A stretch of 45,758 bases of DNA from Sphingomonadaceae bacterium (GTDB lineage: Bacteria > Pseudomonadota > Alphaproteobacteria > Sphingomonadales > Sphingomonadaceae). Location of the stretch: assembly GCA_947442095.1 (NCBI GenBank), contig CANEVG010000001.1, positions 1 through 45,758 of the forward strand. Reading direction: 5' to 3'. The notes under the pieces were generated by a model. It saw only the letters and a list, made by a program, of their open reading frames with translations. It ran no database searches and was not told where the DNA came from. Position 1 is the first letter of the stretch, and every line of letters starts with the position of its first letter. Shown here in pieces: positions 20,971-29,505 of the stretch. The translations under genes and the position numbers were made by a program.

Positions 20971-21005
20971 TAGCAGAAATTCCCAAGTCTAGGCAATATT
21001 TACCA
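20971..21005. promoter_or_regulatory. Candidate PspF upstream activator sites
   Basis: Two AT-centred imperfect palindromes, TAGCAGAAATTCCCAA and TAGGCAATATTTACCA, 55-90 bp upstream of the sigma54 site. Confidence 0.5.
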
Positions 21006-21059
21006 CCTGTCCAGACCGGCGCTCTCCCCAAACCCGCGCGTTTCCGCCCGTTTCGCCAA

Positions 21060-21076
21060 TTGGCACACCCCATGCT
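21060..21076 (+). promoter_or_regulatory. Sigma54 (-24/-12) promoter of the psp operon
   Basis: TTGGCACACCCCATGCT: GG-N10-GC with TGGCAC; adjacent to pspF. Confidence 0.85.
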
Positions 21077-21122
21077 ATGCATTTGGTAACGCCCCAACGG
21101 GGACGCATTCAGGAGATACCCG

Positions 21123-21296
21123 ATGTACACTGCCCGCTTCTTCTCGACCCAGCTCGGCCGCGCGGCGCTGATCAGCATCGCCGCCATGGCCGCGCTCAAT
21201 TTGGCCGTGCTCACGCGCCCAGCTACTTTGGCGGCGTCCGCAGCCGCGCCACAGGTCGTCACCTCAAGCGCCGCCGTCACGGGTGAGTTCGCCTGA
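21123..21296 (+). CDS. Small hydrophobic protein (57 aa), first gene of the psp operon; not in the ORF track
   Basis: AGGAGA RBS then MYTARFFSTQLGRAALISIAAMAALNLAVLTRPATLAASAAAPQVVTSSAAVTGEFA*. Confidence 0.7.
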   Translation: MYTARFFSTQLGRAALISIAAMAALNLAVLTRPATLAASAAAPQVVTSSAAVTGEFA

Positions 21297-21454
21297 TGGG
21301 CGCCGACACCCCTGCGCGGCCTCTGGTCAGCAGGGGCTCTGCATCCCGTTTCGATATCGAGCTGGGTGCGCTACGCCAGACGGACAATCACACGGTCCCG
21401 GCCACGCAGCCGTCCGCCGCTTTCACCATCCCATATTCTGCTGGAGCCAACCTG

Positions 21455-22138
21455 ATGGGCATCTTCTCCCGCACCCGCGATATCATTGCCGCCAATTTCA
21501 ACGATCTGCTCGAAAAGGCGGATGATCCGGCCAAGATGATCCGCATGATCATCATGGAGATGGAGGAAACCCTTGTCGAAGTGCGCGCGTCCGCCGCCCG
21601 CACCATTGCCGATCAGAAGGAGATGGGCCGCCATGTGGCCAAGCTCGATCGGCTCCAGGCTGATTGGGCAGACAAGGCCCAGCTCGCCCTTTCTAAGGGC
21701 CGCGAGGACCTAGCCCGCGCCGCGCTGGTCGAAAAGAACAAGGCCGCCGACATGGGCGCGCAGCTTGCCAGCGAGATCACAGTGCTCGACGATTCGATGC
21801 GCGCCTATGAGGCCGATATCGAAAAGCTGCAGACCCGCCTGCGCGAAGCCCGCAGCCGCCAGACCGCGATCACAGCCCGCCTCGAAAGCGCCGAGAACCG
21901 TGTCCGCCTGCGCACCTTGATGACCAGCGAACGCGTAGACGAGGCCCTTTCGCGCTTCGACCAGCTCGAACGCCGCGTCGATTATGCCGAAGGTCGCGCC
22001 GATGCGCTCAGCCTTGCCGGTGGCGCGCCGCCCAATCTTGCGGACGAGATCGCCGCGCTCGCGGGCCAGGACAAGGTCGACGAGGAACTCGAAGCCATGA
22101 AGCGCGCACTCGGCGGCAGCGCTTCGAAGGAGGGCTGA
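21455..22138 (+). CDS. pspA: Phage shock protein A
   Basis: MGIFSRTRDIIAANFNDLLEKADDPAKMIRMIIMEMEETL, ALSKGREDLARAAL; GGAG RBS; frame open upstream to ATG 21296. Confidence 0.95.
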   Translation: MGIFSRTRDIIAANFNDLLEKADDPAKMIRMIIMEMEETLVEVRASAARTIADQKEMGRHVAKLDRLQADWADKAQLALSKGREDLARAALVEKNKAADMGAQLASEITVLDDSMRAYEADIEKLQTRLREARSRQTAITARLESAENRVRLRTLMTSERVDEALSRFDQLERRVDYAEGRADALSLAGGAPPNLADEIAALAGQDKVDEELEAMKRALGGSASKEG

Positions 22139-22141
22139 TCG

Positions 22142-22450
22142 ATGGATGAGGGGTACATTCCTGTGGTCGCCATCCTCGCGATCTTCGTCGGTCTGCCGTG
22201 GGTCGTGCTGCACTACGTCACCCGCTGGAAAACTGCCGCAACGCTCACCACCGGTGACGAAGCCCTGCTGGACGAACTCTACCAGCTCGCCCGCCGGCTC
22301 GATGAACGCATGGACACGGTCGAGAGGCTCGTGGCGGCTGACAACCCCGAATTCCGCCCCTCCCGTATCCTAGCAGACCGCGAGAGCGACAACCAGAAGC
22401 TGCGCGAGCTGGACCGCCTCCTCGCCGATCAGAAAGGGATTTCGAAGTGA
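22142..22450 (+). CDS. pspB: Phage shock protein B
   Basis: TM helix IFVGLPWVVLHY, then LARRLDERMDTVERLVAADNPEFR. Confidence 0.9.
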   Translation: MDEGYIPVVAILAIFVGLPWVVLHYVTRWKTAATLTTGDEALLDELYQLARRLDERMDTVERLVAADNPEFRPSRILADRESDNQKLRELDRLLADQKGISK

Positions 22451-22836
22451 GCTCGTCTGACCACCATCCGCAGCGCACGCGCTTCTATCGTGACAAGGTC
22501 AATGGCAAGTTCATGGGCGTCTGCGCCGGGATTGCCGATTACACCGGGATCGATGCGCTTTGGGTCCGGATCGCCTTCCTTGTCCTCGCCTTCTCGATGG
22601 GCTGGCCGTTCCTGATCTACTTCGCCTTCGGCTTCCTTGCCGACAAGAAGCCGCACGCGCTCTATGCCGACCGCGCCGAGCAGAAGTTCTGGCAGGGTGT
22701 GCGCCAGTCGCCCGCCCGCACGGCGCGCGAAGTGCGCTCAAGCTTCCGCGACATCGACCGCCGCCTTGCGGAGGTCGAGCAGTTCTACGTTTCGGGCAAT
22801 CCGCGGCTTTCGGCAGAGATTGAGAGCCTGCGTTAA
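22447..22836 (+). CDS. pspC: Phage shock protein C
   Basis: FYRDKVNGKFMGVCAGIADYTGID, TM helix, C-terminal IDRRLAEVEQFYVS..LSAEIESL. Confidence 0.92.
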   Translation: MSSSDHHPQRTRFYRDKVNGKFMGVCAGIADYTGIDALWVRIAFLVLAFSMGWPFLIYFAFGFLADKKPHALYADRAEQKFWQGVRQSPARTAREVRSSFRDIDRRLAEVEQFYVSGNPRLSAEIESLR

Positions 22837-22859
22837 GCAGGCTCTGTGGGGGATTATAC

Positions 22860-23186
22860 ATGGCCATCGAACCACAAACCATCATGATCGCTCTTTCCGC
22901 CATGGCGATGGTGACGTGCGGCTGGTTCATCAACACTTGGCTGCGCGTCCGCCATGGCTACCTGCTCGAAAACTCATGGGGCCGGTCGGTCTATTTCAAG
23001 ACGGTCGATGCGGTGCAGCAGGCCCTCGCGCTGCTCAGTCAGAAAAAAGCCCAGCTGCGCGCCGAGCTTGGCTCGGCCAAGGACCGCCTTAATGTCGAGC
23101 GCATCGTCACTGATCACGGCTATAGCCTGACCCAAGACATCGACGCGCTTCGCGCTTCCGCATCCGACCGGAGTACCAAGCCATGA
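22860..23186 (+). CDS. PspB-like small membrane/coiled-coil protein 1
   Basis: N-terminal TM helix, WLRVRHGY, LRAELGSAKDRLNVERIVTD..LTQDIDALR. Confidence 0.75.
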   Translation: MAIEPQTIMIALSAMAMVTCGWFINTWLRVRHGYLLENSWGRSVYFKTVDAVQQALALLSQKKAQLRAELGSAKDRLNVERIVTDHGYSLTQDIDALRASASDRSTKP

Positions 23187-23467
23187 CCGCCGCCGAAGCC
23201 ATTGTCTTCGCGGCGCTCATGATCGGCCTTGTCTCGATTCTCGGAGTGATTGCCGATATCTACAAGCGCCGGCTCGCTTTGAAGGAGCGCACGCTCGAAC
23301 TCGCGGCAAAGGACCGCGCCGATCAGGCCACGCACTTCGCCGCGCAGGCCCAGCGGCTGGAACAGCGGGTGCGCGTTCTGGAACGCATCGCCACCGACAC
23401 CAAGGGCAACGCTGCCGCAGGCCTTGCCGACCAGATCAAAGACTTGCGCGGCGCTGCGGTCAACTGA
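23183..23467 (+). CDS. PspB-like small membrane/coiled-coil protein 2
   Basis: TM helix, LEQRVRVLERIATD..LADQIKDLR; ATGA overlap with the previous gene. Confidence 0.78.
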   Translation: MTAAEAIVFAALMIGLVSILGVIADIYKRRLALKERTLELAAKDRADQATHFAAQAQRLEQRVRVLERIATDTKGNAAAGLADQIKDLRGAAVN

Positions 23468-23494
23468 CCCGGCCGCCAAACCCAGGAAACGCCG

Positions 23495-23731
23495 ATGACC
23501 TTCCCGAGTGCCATTGTCGCGATCGTCGCGATCCTTGCATGGGTGTACCTGCGCAGCACGCGGCCCCGCGAGCAGCGTGGCAATCCGCCAGCCCCGCTGC
23601 CGGCAAACCCTGCGCTGGAACGCGAAGTCGTGGAGCTGCGCAAACGCATTGAAGTGCTCGAACGGATCATCACCGACGAGCGCGACACCCGCCGCCTTGC
23701 GCAGGATATCGAAGCGCTGCGCGAACATTGA
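23495..23731 (+). CDS. PspB-like small membrane/coiled-coil protein 3
   Basis: TM helix, LRKRIEVLERIITD..LAQDIEALR; AGGA RBS. Confidence 0.78.
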   Translation: MTFPSAIVAIVAILAWVYLRSTRPREQRGNPPAPLPANPALEREVVELRKRIEVLERIITDERDTRRLAQDIEALREH

Positions 23732-23751
23732 ACCAGAGGAGGGAATCGCCC

Positions 23752-23979
23752 GTGTCCTTCGCAACTGTGACCGTCATGGCCGTCGCCACACTTGTCTGTC
23801 TCATGATCCTCTCGGCCACCGCGCTGCGCGCGTGGAACGGCTGGCTCGATCTCAAACGCACCGAACTTGCCCGGGAGGGTAAGAGCCCCACAGACCACGC
23901 GCTCGGCATGATCGACCTCAGCGACCTCAAGGAACGCCTGCGCAAGCTGGAAGCTATCGCGGCCGGGGTGGACCCCTAA
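23752..23979 (+). CDS. Small membrane/coiled-coil protein 4 of the psp cluster
   Basis: TM helix, AWNGWLDLKRTEL, DLKERLRKLEAIAAGVD; GAGGAGGG RBS before GTG 23752 (ORF track starts at 23728). Confidence 0.75.
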   Translation: MSFATVTVMAVATLVCLMILSATALRAWNGWLDLKRTELAREGKSPTDHALGMIDLSDLKERLRKLEAIAAGVDP

Positions 23980-23983
23980 AGAA

Positions 23984-24016
23984 CCCCACCGTCAGCGCGA
24001 AGCGCAGACGGTGGGG
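23984..24016 (+). terminator. Strong hairpin at the end of the psp operon
   Basis: CCCCACCGTC-AGCGCGAAGCGCA-GACGGTGGGG directly after the last stop; no U-tract. Confidence 0.5.
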
Positions 24017-24096
24017 CAAAGGGGTAAAAAATCTGCCAATTCGCCCCACCCAAAAATCCCTCTCCCCGCCGCCAGCCGATCCGCTAAGGACCGGGC

Positions 24097-24504
24097 ATGA
24101 ACAAACTCGACGACATCCTTGAAGAATATGAATTCCTCGATGCAGACGAACGCTACCGCCTGCTGATCGAGCTTGGCCGCACGCTCGAGGTCATGCCCGA
24201 TGCGCTGAAAACCGACGCCACGCTCGTGCGCGGCTGCTCGGCCAGCGTGTGGGTCTATCCGGTCGCGAAAGGGGGGGATAAGCTTCACTTTCTGGCTGAC
24301 AGCAACGCAGCGATAACCAAGGGTATCGTCGCGCTGGTGCTCAGCGCCGTGCAGGATCAGCCCGCGAAAGTCGTCGCCGAGACCGACATCGCCGCCGCGC
24401 TCGCCCCGTTCGATCTCAAGAACCAGCTCTCCTCGAACCGTACCCAGGGTGTCCCCAACATGATCGCCCTCGTGCGCGAACATGCTGCGCGCATAGCGGG
24501 ATAG
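24097..24504 (+). CDS. sufE: SufE family Fe-S cluster sulfur-transfer protein
   Basis: RYRLLIELG, VRGCSASVW, ADSNAAITKG, LSSNRTQG. Confidence 0.88.
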   Translation: MNKLDDILEEYEFLDADERYRLLIELGRTLEVMPDALKTDATLVRGCSASVWVYPVAKGGDKLHFLADSNAAITKGIVALVLSAVQDQPAKVVAETDIAAALAPFDLKNQLSSNRTQGVPNMIALVREHAARIAG

Positions 24505-24505
24505 A

Positions 24506-24856
24506 ATGAGACGCCATATCTGGACCGGCGCGGGCTTCCTGTTCGTGGGCATCGGCGCGGTTGGCGCGGTGCTGCCGCTGCTGCCCACCGTGCCGTTCCT
24601 GCTGCTGGCACTGTTTTGCTTCGCGCGCGGCAATCCGGTGTGGGAGCAGCGCCTGCTGGCGCATCCGCACTATGGCCCGATGCTGCGCGATTGGCGCACG
24701 CGCCGCGCAATCCCGCGCAAGGCCAAGGTCGGCGCGCTCGTCACCATGGCGATTTCGGTGGTCGTGACCGGCCTTCTCGCCGGCTGGCCCTGGGTGCTGA
24801 TCCCCCTTGCCGTGATGGCCATCAGCGGCACGTGGATCTGGACCCGCGCAGAGTAG
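24506..24856 (+). CDS. YbaN (DUF454) family inner-membrane protein
   Basis: GAVLPLLPTVPFLLLA..F.R, LLAHPHYGP..DW, AIPRKAK. Confidence 0.88.
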   Translation: MRRHIWTGAGFLFVGIGAVGAVLPLLPTVPFLLLALFCFARGNPVWEQRLLAHPHYGPMLRDWRTRRAIPRKAKVGALVTMAISVVVTGLLAGWPWVLIPLAVMAISGTWIWTRAE

Positions 24857-24865
24857 GCCGAGGGT

Positions 24866-25148
24866 TAGAGCCAGATGACGTTAAGTTGCACCGTCGTGAC
24901 GGAGCCGATTTTGGCCCAGCGCGAGGAGAGAGAGGCCATGTTATCGCATAGTGACCGACGATTGACGCTGCGATGGGCCAAAAGCGGCCCGCCGCTTCGC
25001 GGTTGCGTCAGGAAGCCCCTCGGCCAAATGATTCTCAGGCAGCGTCGCATCGCTTGAACGGGCTACCAGCCCGCCCTGCGAGGGCGCTCCTTGCCGAGAA
25101 GCTTCCTGACGCAATCCCGGCGGTGCAACCTAACCTCATCTGGCTCTA
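24866..25148. mobile_element. MITE (non-autonomous, IS630/Tc1-like TA target), 279 bp plus flanking TA
   Basis: Left end TA-GAGCCAGATGACGTTAAGTTGCACCGTCGTGA vs right end reverse complement TA-GAGCCAGATGAGGTTAGGTTGCACCGCCGGGA (28/32 identical); internal IR at 25003-25026 / 25091-25114; no transposase ORF. Confidence 0.8.
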
Positions 25149-25652
25149 GTCCACCGCCTCGCGCACCACGGCGATCCCCGCCTCGCGCTGCTTCTTCAGC
25201 TCCTGCTTAAGCCATGCCGGATCCATCGCGATGATGAAGCCGAAGCTTACCCCGCCTTCTTTCCCGATCGTCGCGTGGTGCAGCTTGTGCGCCTGCACCA
25301 GCCGCTTGGCATAGCCGCGGCGTGGCACATACTTGAACCAGCGCTGATGAATCAGCCCATCGTGCAGCAGCGTGTAGATGATGCCGTAGATCAGCACGCC
25401 CACGCCTATCCACCAAGCCGGCTCCCATGAATAGGCCCCGGAAATCACCGGACTGCCGAACATGAACCCGCTGATGGAAATCGCCGCGCCGAACACGGCA
25501 TAGAAGTCATTGCGTTCGAAAAAGCCGTCATGCGGTTCGTGATGGTCGCGGTGCCAGGCCCAGCCGAACCCGTGCATGATGTATTTGTGGCTGCTCCAGG
25601 CCACAGCTTCCATCGCCCATACCGTGGCGAACACGATCAGAAATGCTGTCAT
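25146..25652 (-). CDS. crtZ: Beta-carotene 3-hydroxylase (fatty-acid hydroxylase superfamily)
   Basis: MEAVAWSSHKYIMHGFGWAWHRDHH, FERND, HDGLIHQRW, AHKLHHA, VSFGF. Confidence 0.9.
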   Translation of the reverse strand: MTAFLIVFATVWAMEAVAWSSHKYIMHGFGWAWHRDHHEPHDGFFERNDFYAVFGAAISISGFMFGSPVISGAYSWEPAWWIGVGVLIYGIIYTLLHDGLIHQRWFKYVPRRGYAKRLVQAHKLHHATIGKEGGVSFGFIIAMDPAWLKQELKKQREAGIAVVREAVD

Positions 25653-25785
25653 GATACCGGTATAGCCCAATCGCACCTGCGATGCGAGCCTGCGCGCAGC
25701 CGCTCGCCCCAAGGGTCATACCGGTGTTGGCGCACTGGCCCTTTCCTGCTTGATAAGCCGCTCTTGCGGTTATACCTCGCCACGC

Positions 25786-27231
25786 ATGACCAGCATCACC
25801 CAAACTGCTACTGCCCGCACGCTTTACGAAAAGATCTGGGCCGCCCACGTCGTGGAAGACCGCGACGATGGCACCAGCCTCATCTATATCGACCGTCACC
25901 TCGTGCACGAGGTGACGAGCCCGCAGGCGTTCGAGGCGCTGCGGCTTGCGGGCCGCAAGGTGCGCCGCCCCGATCTCACGCTCGCGGTGCCCGATCACAA
26001 TCTGCCCACCACCGCGCGGCGCGACAGCGCAGGCGCGCGCATCGCCATTCCCGACCGCGAAAGCGCCGCGCAGCTCGCGGCGCTCGAGGCCAACGCCCCC
26101 GCCTTCGGCATCCGCTATATCGGCGATGCCGATGCGGAGCAGGGCATTGTCCACGTCGTCGGCCCGGAGCAGGGCTTCTCGCTCCCCGGGGCTACCATCG
26201 TCTGCGGCGATAGCCACACCGCCTGCCACGGCGGCCTCGGCGCGCTGGCCTTCGGCATCGGCACGAGCGAGGTCGAGCATGTGCTCGCCACGCAGACGCT
26301 GCTCCTGAAGCGCTCGAAGACCATGGAAGTGCGCATCGAAGGTGCGCTGCTGCCCGGTGTCTCGGCCAAGGACGTCATCCTTCACATCACCGGCGTGGTC
26401 GGCGCGGCGGGCGGCACCGGCCATGTCATCGAGTATACGGGTCAGGCCATCCGCGACCTTTCGATCGAAGGCCGCCTCACCGTCTCCAACATGGCGATCG
26501 AACACGGCGCGCGCGCCGGGCTCATCGCGCCGGACGAGAAGACTTTCGCCTATATCGAAGGCCGCCCTTATGCCCCCAAGGGCGCGGACTGGGACAAGGC
26601 CGTGGCATGGTGGCGCAGCCTCGCGACCGATCCAGGCGCGAAGTATGACAAGGTCGTGGTCATCAACGCTGCCGATATCGCCCCCAGCGTCACGTGGGGC
26701 ACCAGCCCGGAAGACGTGCTGCCGATCACCGGCTTCGTCCCCGCACCCGATAGCTTTGCCGATCCTTCGAAGCAGGCTGCCGCGCGCGCCAGCCTTGAAT
26801 ACATGGGCCTTGTACCCGGCCAGCGGATGGACTCGGTCGAAGTCCAGAACGTGTTCATCGGGTCGTGCACCAACAGCCGGATCGAAGACTTGCGCGCCGC
26901 CGCCGCCGTCCTCAAAGGCCGCACCAAGGCCGCGAACGTCAAGTGGGCCATCGTCGTCCCCGGCTCGGGCCTCGTGAAGCGCCAGGCCGAAGCCGAAGGA
27001 CTCGACAAGGTGTTTATCGACGCGGGCCTCGAATGGCGCGAACCCGGCTGCTCGGCTTGCCTCGGCATGAACCCGGACAAAGTGCCCGCGGGCGAACGCT
27101 GCGCCAGCACCTCAAACCGCAACTTCGTCGGCCGTCAGGGTCCGGGCGCGCGCACCCACCTCGTCTCACCCGCCATGGCCGCCGCCGCTGCGGTGACGGG
27201 CCGGCTGACGGATGTGCGCGAACTGGTGTGA
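25786..27231 (+). CDS. leuC: 3-isopropylmalate dehydratase large subunit
   Basis: [51 protein letters not shown]. Confidence 0.97.
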   Translation: MTSITQTATARTLYEKIWAAHVVEDRDDGTSLIYIDRHLVHEVTSPQAFEALRLAGRKVRRPDLTLAVPDHNLPTTARRDSAGARIAIPDRESAAQLAALEANAPAFGIRYIGDADAEQGIVHVVGPEQGFSLPGATIVCGDSHTACHGGLGALAFGIGTSEVEHVLATQTLLLKRSKTMEVRIEGALLPGVSAKDVILHITGVVGAAGGTGHVIEYTGQAIRDLSIEGRLTVSNMAIEHGARAGLIAPDEKTFAYIEGRPYAPKGADWDKAVAWWRSLATDPGAKYDKVVVINAADIAPSVTWGTSPEDVLPITGFVPAPDSFADPSKQAAARASLEYMGLVPGQRMDSVEVQNVFIGSCTNSRIEDLRAAAAVLKGRTKAANVKWAIVVPGSGLVKRQAEAEGLDKVFIDAGLEWREPGCSACLGMNPDKVPAGERCASTSNRNFVGRQGPGARTHLVSPAMAAAAAVTGRLTDVRELV

Positions 27232-27243
27232 TGGGCTCTCAAG

Positions 27244-27264
27244 GTATATCCCGTTGACATATCC
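27244..27264 (+). promoter_or_regulatory. vapBC promoter/operator
   Basis: GTATATCCCGTTGACATATCC: TTGACA -35 embedded in a GTATAT/ATAT imperfect inverted repeat, resembling enteric vapBC operators (from recall). Confidence 0.6.
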
Positions 27265-27288
27265 CACGGGAATGCGCATCTTCAAGCG

Positions 27289-27531
27289 GTGAACGCACCC
27301 TCGCGCCTTTCCAGACGGGCCGCCGTCTTCAAGTCGAACCGCAGTCAGGCGGTGCGCATTCCCAAGGATCTCGCGTTCCCGGAAAGCGTCAAGCAAGTCG
27401 TCGTGCGCAAGCAGGGCCGCAGCCTAGTCATCACACCGGTCAACCAGTTCTGGGATGAGTTCTTTGACCAGGCGGGGATCGACATTCAGGAACCCTCCGA
27501 ACTGCCATACGACATCCGCGAAACGTTGTAA
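27289..27531 (+). CDS. vapB: Type II antitoxin VapB (AbrB/SpoVT fold)
   Basis: VFKSNRSQAVRIPKDLAFP..VVRKQGRSLVITPV..WDEFF. Confidence 0.9.
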   Translation: MNAPSRLSRRAAVFKSNRSQAVRIPKDLAFPESVKQVVVRKQGRSLVITPVNQFWDEFFDQAGIDIQEPSELPYDIRETL

Positions 27532-27929
27532 TGCTGGTATCGTTACTGGATACCAATCTGTGCATTCGTGCGCTGCGCGATCGGCCACCCGCCATCCGTG
27601 ATCGTTTGCAGCGCGAACAGGATACGCTCTGCATTTCCACCGTTGTGCTCTACGAACTCTACGTGGGGGCTGCACAGTCTGCTGCGCCCGAGGCCAACCG
27701 GGCGGTCATCGATGCCTTTGTCGAACCGCTGCCCGTGCTTGAATTCGATGCCGAGGCCGCCTTTCATGCGGCGTCGATCCGCGTTGATCTTGCGCGCAAG
27801 GGCCAGATCATTGGGCCCTATGATCTGCTCATCGCCGGCCATGCCCGCAGTCTCGGCCTTGTGGTCGTAACCGGCAACCTGCGTGAGTTCGGCCGGGTTG
27901 AAGGGCTGCGCTGCGAAGACTGGCTCTGA
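27531..27929 (+). CDS. vapC: Type II toxin VapC (PIN domain)
   Basis: LLDTNLCI, LYEL, IGPYDLLIAGHA, VTGNLREFGRVEGLRCEDW; TAATG overlap with vapB. Confidence 0.93.
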   Translation: MLVSLLDTNLCIRALRDRPPAIRDRLQREQDTLCISTVVLYELYVGAAQSAAPEANRAVIDAFVEPLPVLEFDAEAAFHAASIRVDLARKGQIIGPYDLLIAGHARSLGLVVVTGNLREFGRVEGLRCEDWL

Positions 27930-28259
27930 TCTCGGCTCTCCGATTTCGGCCCCGACATCTTGGCCCCCCATCTCGATTGGCCGCACCCCTGCCACGCCCT
28001 GCCGACACGCCCGAATGCCCGCAATTTCGGGCGCTTGTCCGGCGGAAACGTCCTGCCGCATGCACCGCACGGCGCGCCCCCGGAACTGTCCGTCCGGTGC
28101 GGTTCGTTCATCTGACAGAAAGGCTCGCTCCCCACTCAGGAACGCGATACCGTTCATCTTCGCCCCGTATCGCCTGAAGCGTTTGGGAGCAGCGAAGTGG
28201 GCGGGGCCTAGGCTGTGCCGGTTTCCCGGCCCACTGAATTCGATTTGAGGAGGTCAATA

Positions 28260-29129
28260 ATGCGTGTCTTGAACCAGGGAGCGATCGTGCTCGGAATGCT
28301 CGCCGCATCCGTGCCAGCCGGCGTCCTCGCACAGGCGCAGGAACTTCCGCCCGCCGATCTTTCCACCAGCATCGCACCGCCCTCGGCAGAGCCTGCCGCC
28401 CTGCTCAAGGGGCCGGATATCAAGGGCTTCATCTCGCGCCGCAGCGCAGACCGGATGGAGATCACTGCGGACGATGGCAGCAAGAGCATCGTCAACATCA
28501 ACGACTATACCAAGATCCGCTCAAGCAAGGGCCTGTTCGGAATGAGCCGCCAGCAGCTCGCCGCCAATGCGCTGCTCAACGGCCTGCCGGTCACCGTGCG
28601 CACCCTGCAATCGGGCGATGCGCTGATGGCCAGTGACATCATGTTCAAGGACAAGGATCTCAAGATCGCGACGATGATCCGCACCGGCACCAAGCAGGGC
28701 TTCGATGAGCAAACCGCTGCCACCGACGCGCTGCGCAGCCGCTTTGGCGATATCGACGAGTACAATATCAAGAGCTCGATCAACGTGAACTTCGATAGCG
28801 GCAAGTCGCTGCTTTCCCCTAACGGCAAGGTCGCGCTGTGCGATACCGCCACCGAGGCGCAGGCCATGAAAAACGCGATGCTGCTGGTGGTGGGCTACAC
28901 CGATTCGACCGGCAGCGAAGAGGTCAACCAGCGCCTCAGCGAAGCCCGCGCCGCGCGCGTGGTCAATTATCTGCAGCAGACCTGCCGCTGGAAGCCCTAT
29001 CGCATGCTCACCCCCACTGGCATGGCCACCGCCGATCCGCTGGCTGACAACAGCACCCCCGAAGGCAAAGCGCAGAACCGCCGCGTCTCGATCAACGTGC
29101 TGGTGAGCAAGGCAGTCGACGGGCTCTGA
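28260..29129 (+). CDS. OmpA-family (peptidoglycan-binding C-domain) exported protein
   Basis: AGGAGG RBS, signal peptide, VNFDSGKS, VGYTDSTGSEEVNQRLSEARA, NSTPEGKAQNRRV. Confidence 0.9.
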   Translation: MRVLNQGAIVLGMLAASVPAGVLAQAQELPPADLSTSIAPPSAEPAALLKGPDIKGFISRRSADRMEITADDGSKSIVNINDYTKIRSSKGLFGMSRQQLAANALLNGLPVTVRTLQSGDALMASDIMFKDKDLKIATMIRTGTKQGFDEQTAATDALRSRFGDIDEYNIKSSINVNFDSGKSLLSPNGKVALCDTATEAQAMKNAMLLVVGYTDSTGSEEVNQRLSEARAARVVNYLQQTCRWKPYRMLTPTGMATADPLADNSTPEGKAQNRRVSINVLVSKAVDGL

Positions 29130-29319
29130 TACTTGTGCGGTGCGGGGCGGGGCGCAGGCTCTGCGCCGTTCAACTTCCCGCAACCTGACGGGATCTAGAA
29201 TCCACACCCGAAGCCAAAAGCTGACTTCACGCGCAATTGCTTGCGGATAGACCCTCCGGCCCGCTTGCAATCGCCGGGATGCAGTTCGAACGTGATCGCA
29301 GGGATCAAGGAGCAATCGT

Positions 29320-29505
29320 GTGAGCAAGAAAAGCGATAAGGACGGCCCGAAAGACCATGGCAGCTGGACCGGTCCGGCGGCCATTGCCGGTGCGGCCATC
29401 GGCTCCGCAGCGCTTGCCGCCGCGCTGCTCTATTCCTCGCGCCGCAAGGAACGCGCCGATAAGGCCGCTCCCAAGCCGCCGGTCGATCCCATCGACACCG
29501 ATTGA
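29320..29505 (+). CDS. Small single-TM hypothetical protein upstream of leuD
   Basis: AAGGAG RBS + GTG; AAIGSAALAAALLY helix followed by basic residues. Confidence 0.7.
   Translation: MSKKSDKDGPKDHGSWTGPAAIAGAAIGSAALAAALLYSSRRKERADKAAPKPPVDPIDTD

Noticed and set aside
24865-25057. 60-61 aa ORFs in the ybaN-crtZ gap, one ending ..NVIWL* like an IS5 transposase tail
   Set aside because: The ending is simply the MITE terminal inverted repeat; no DDE motifs or RBS.
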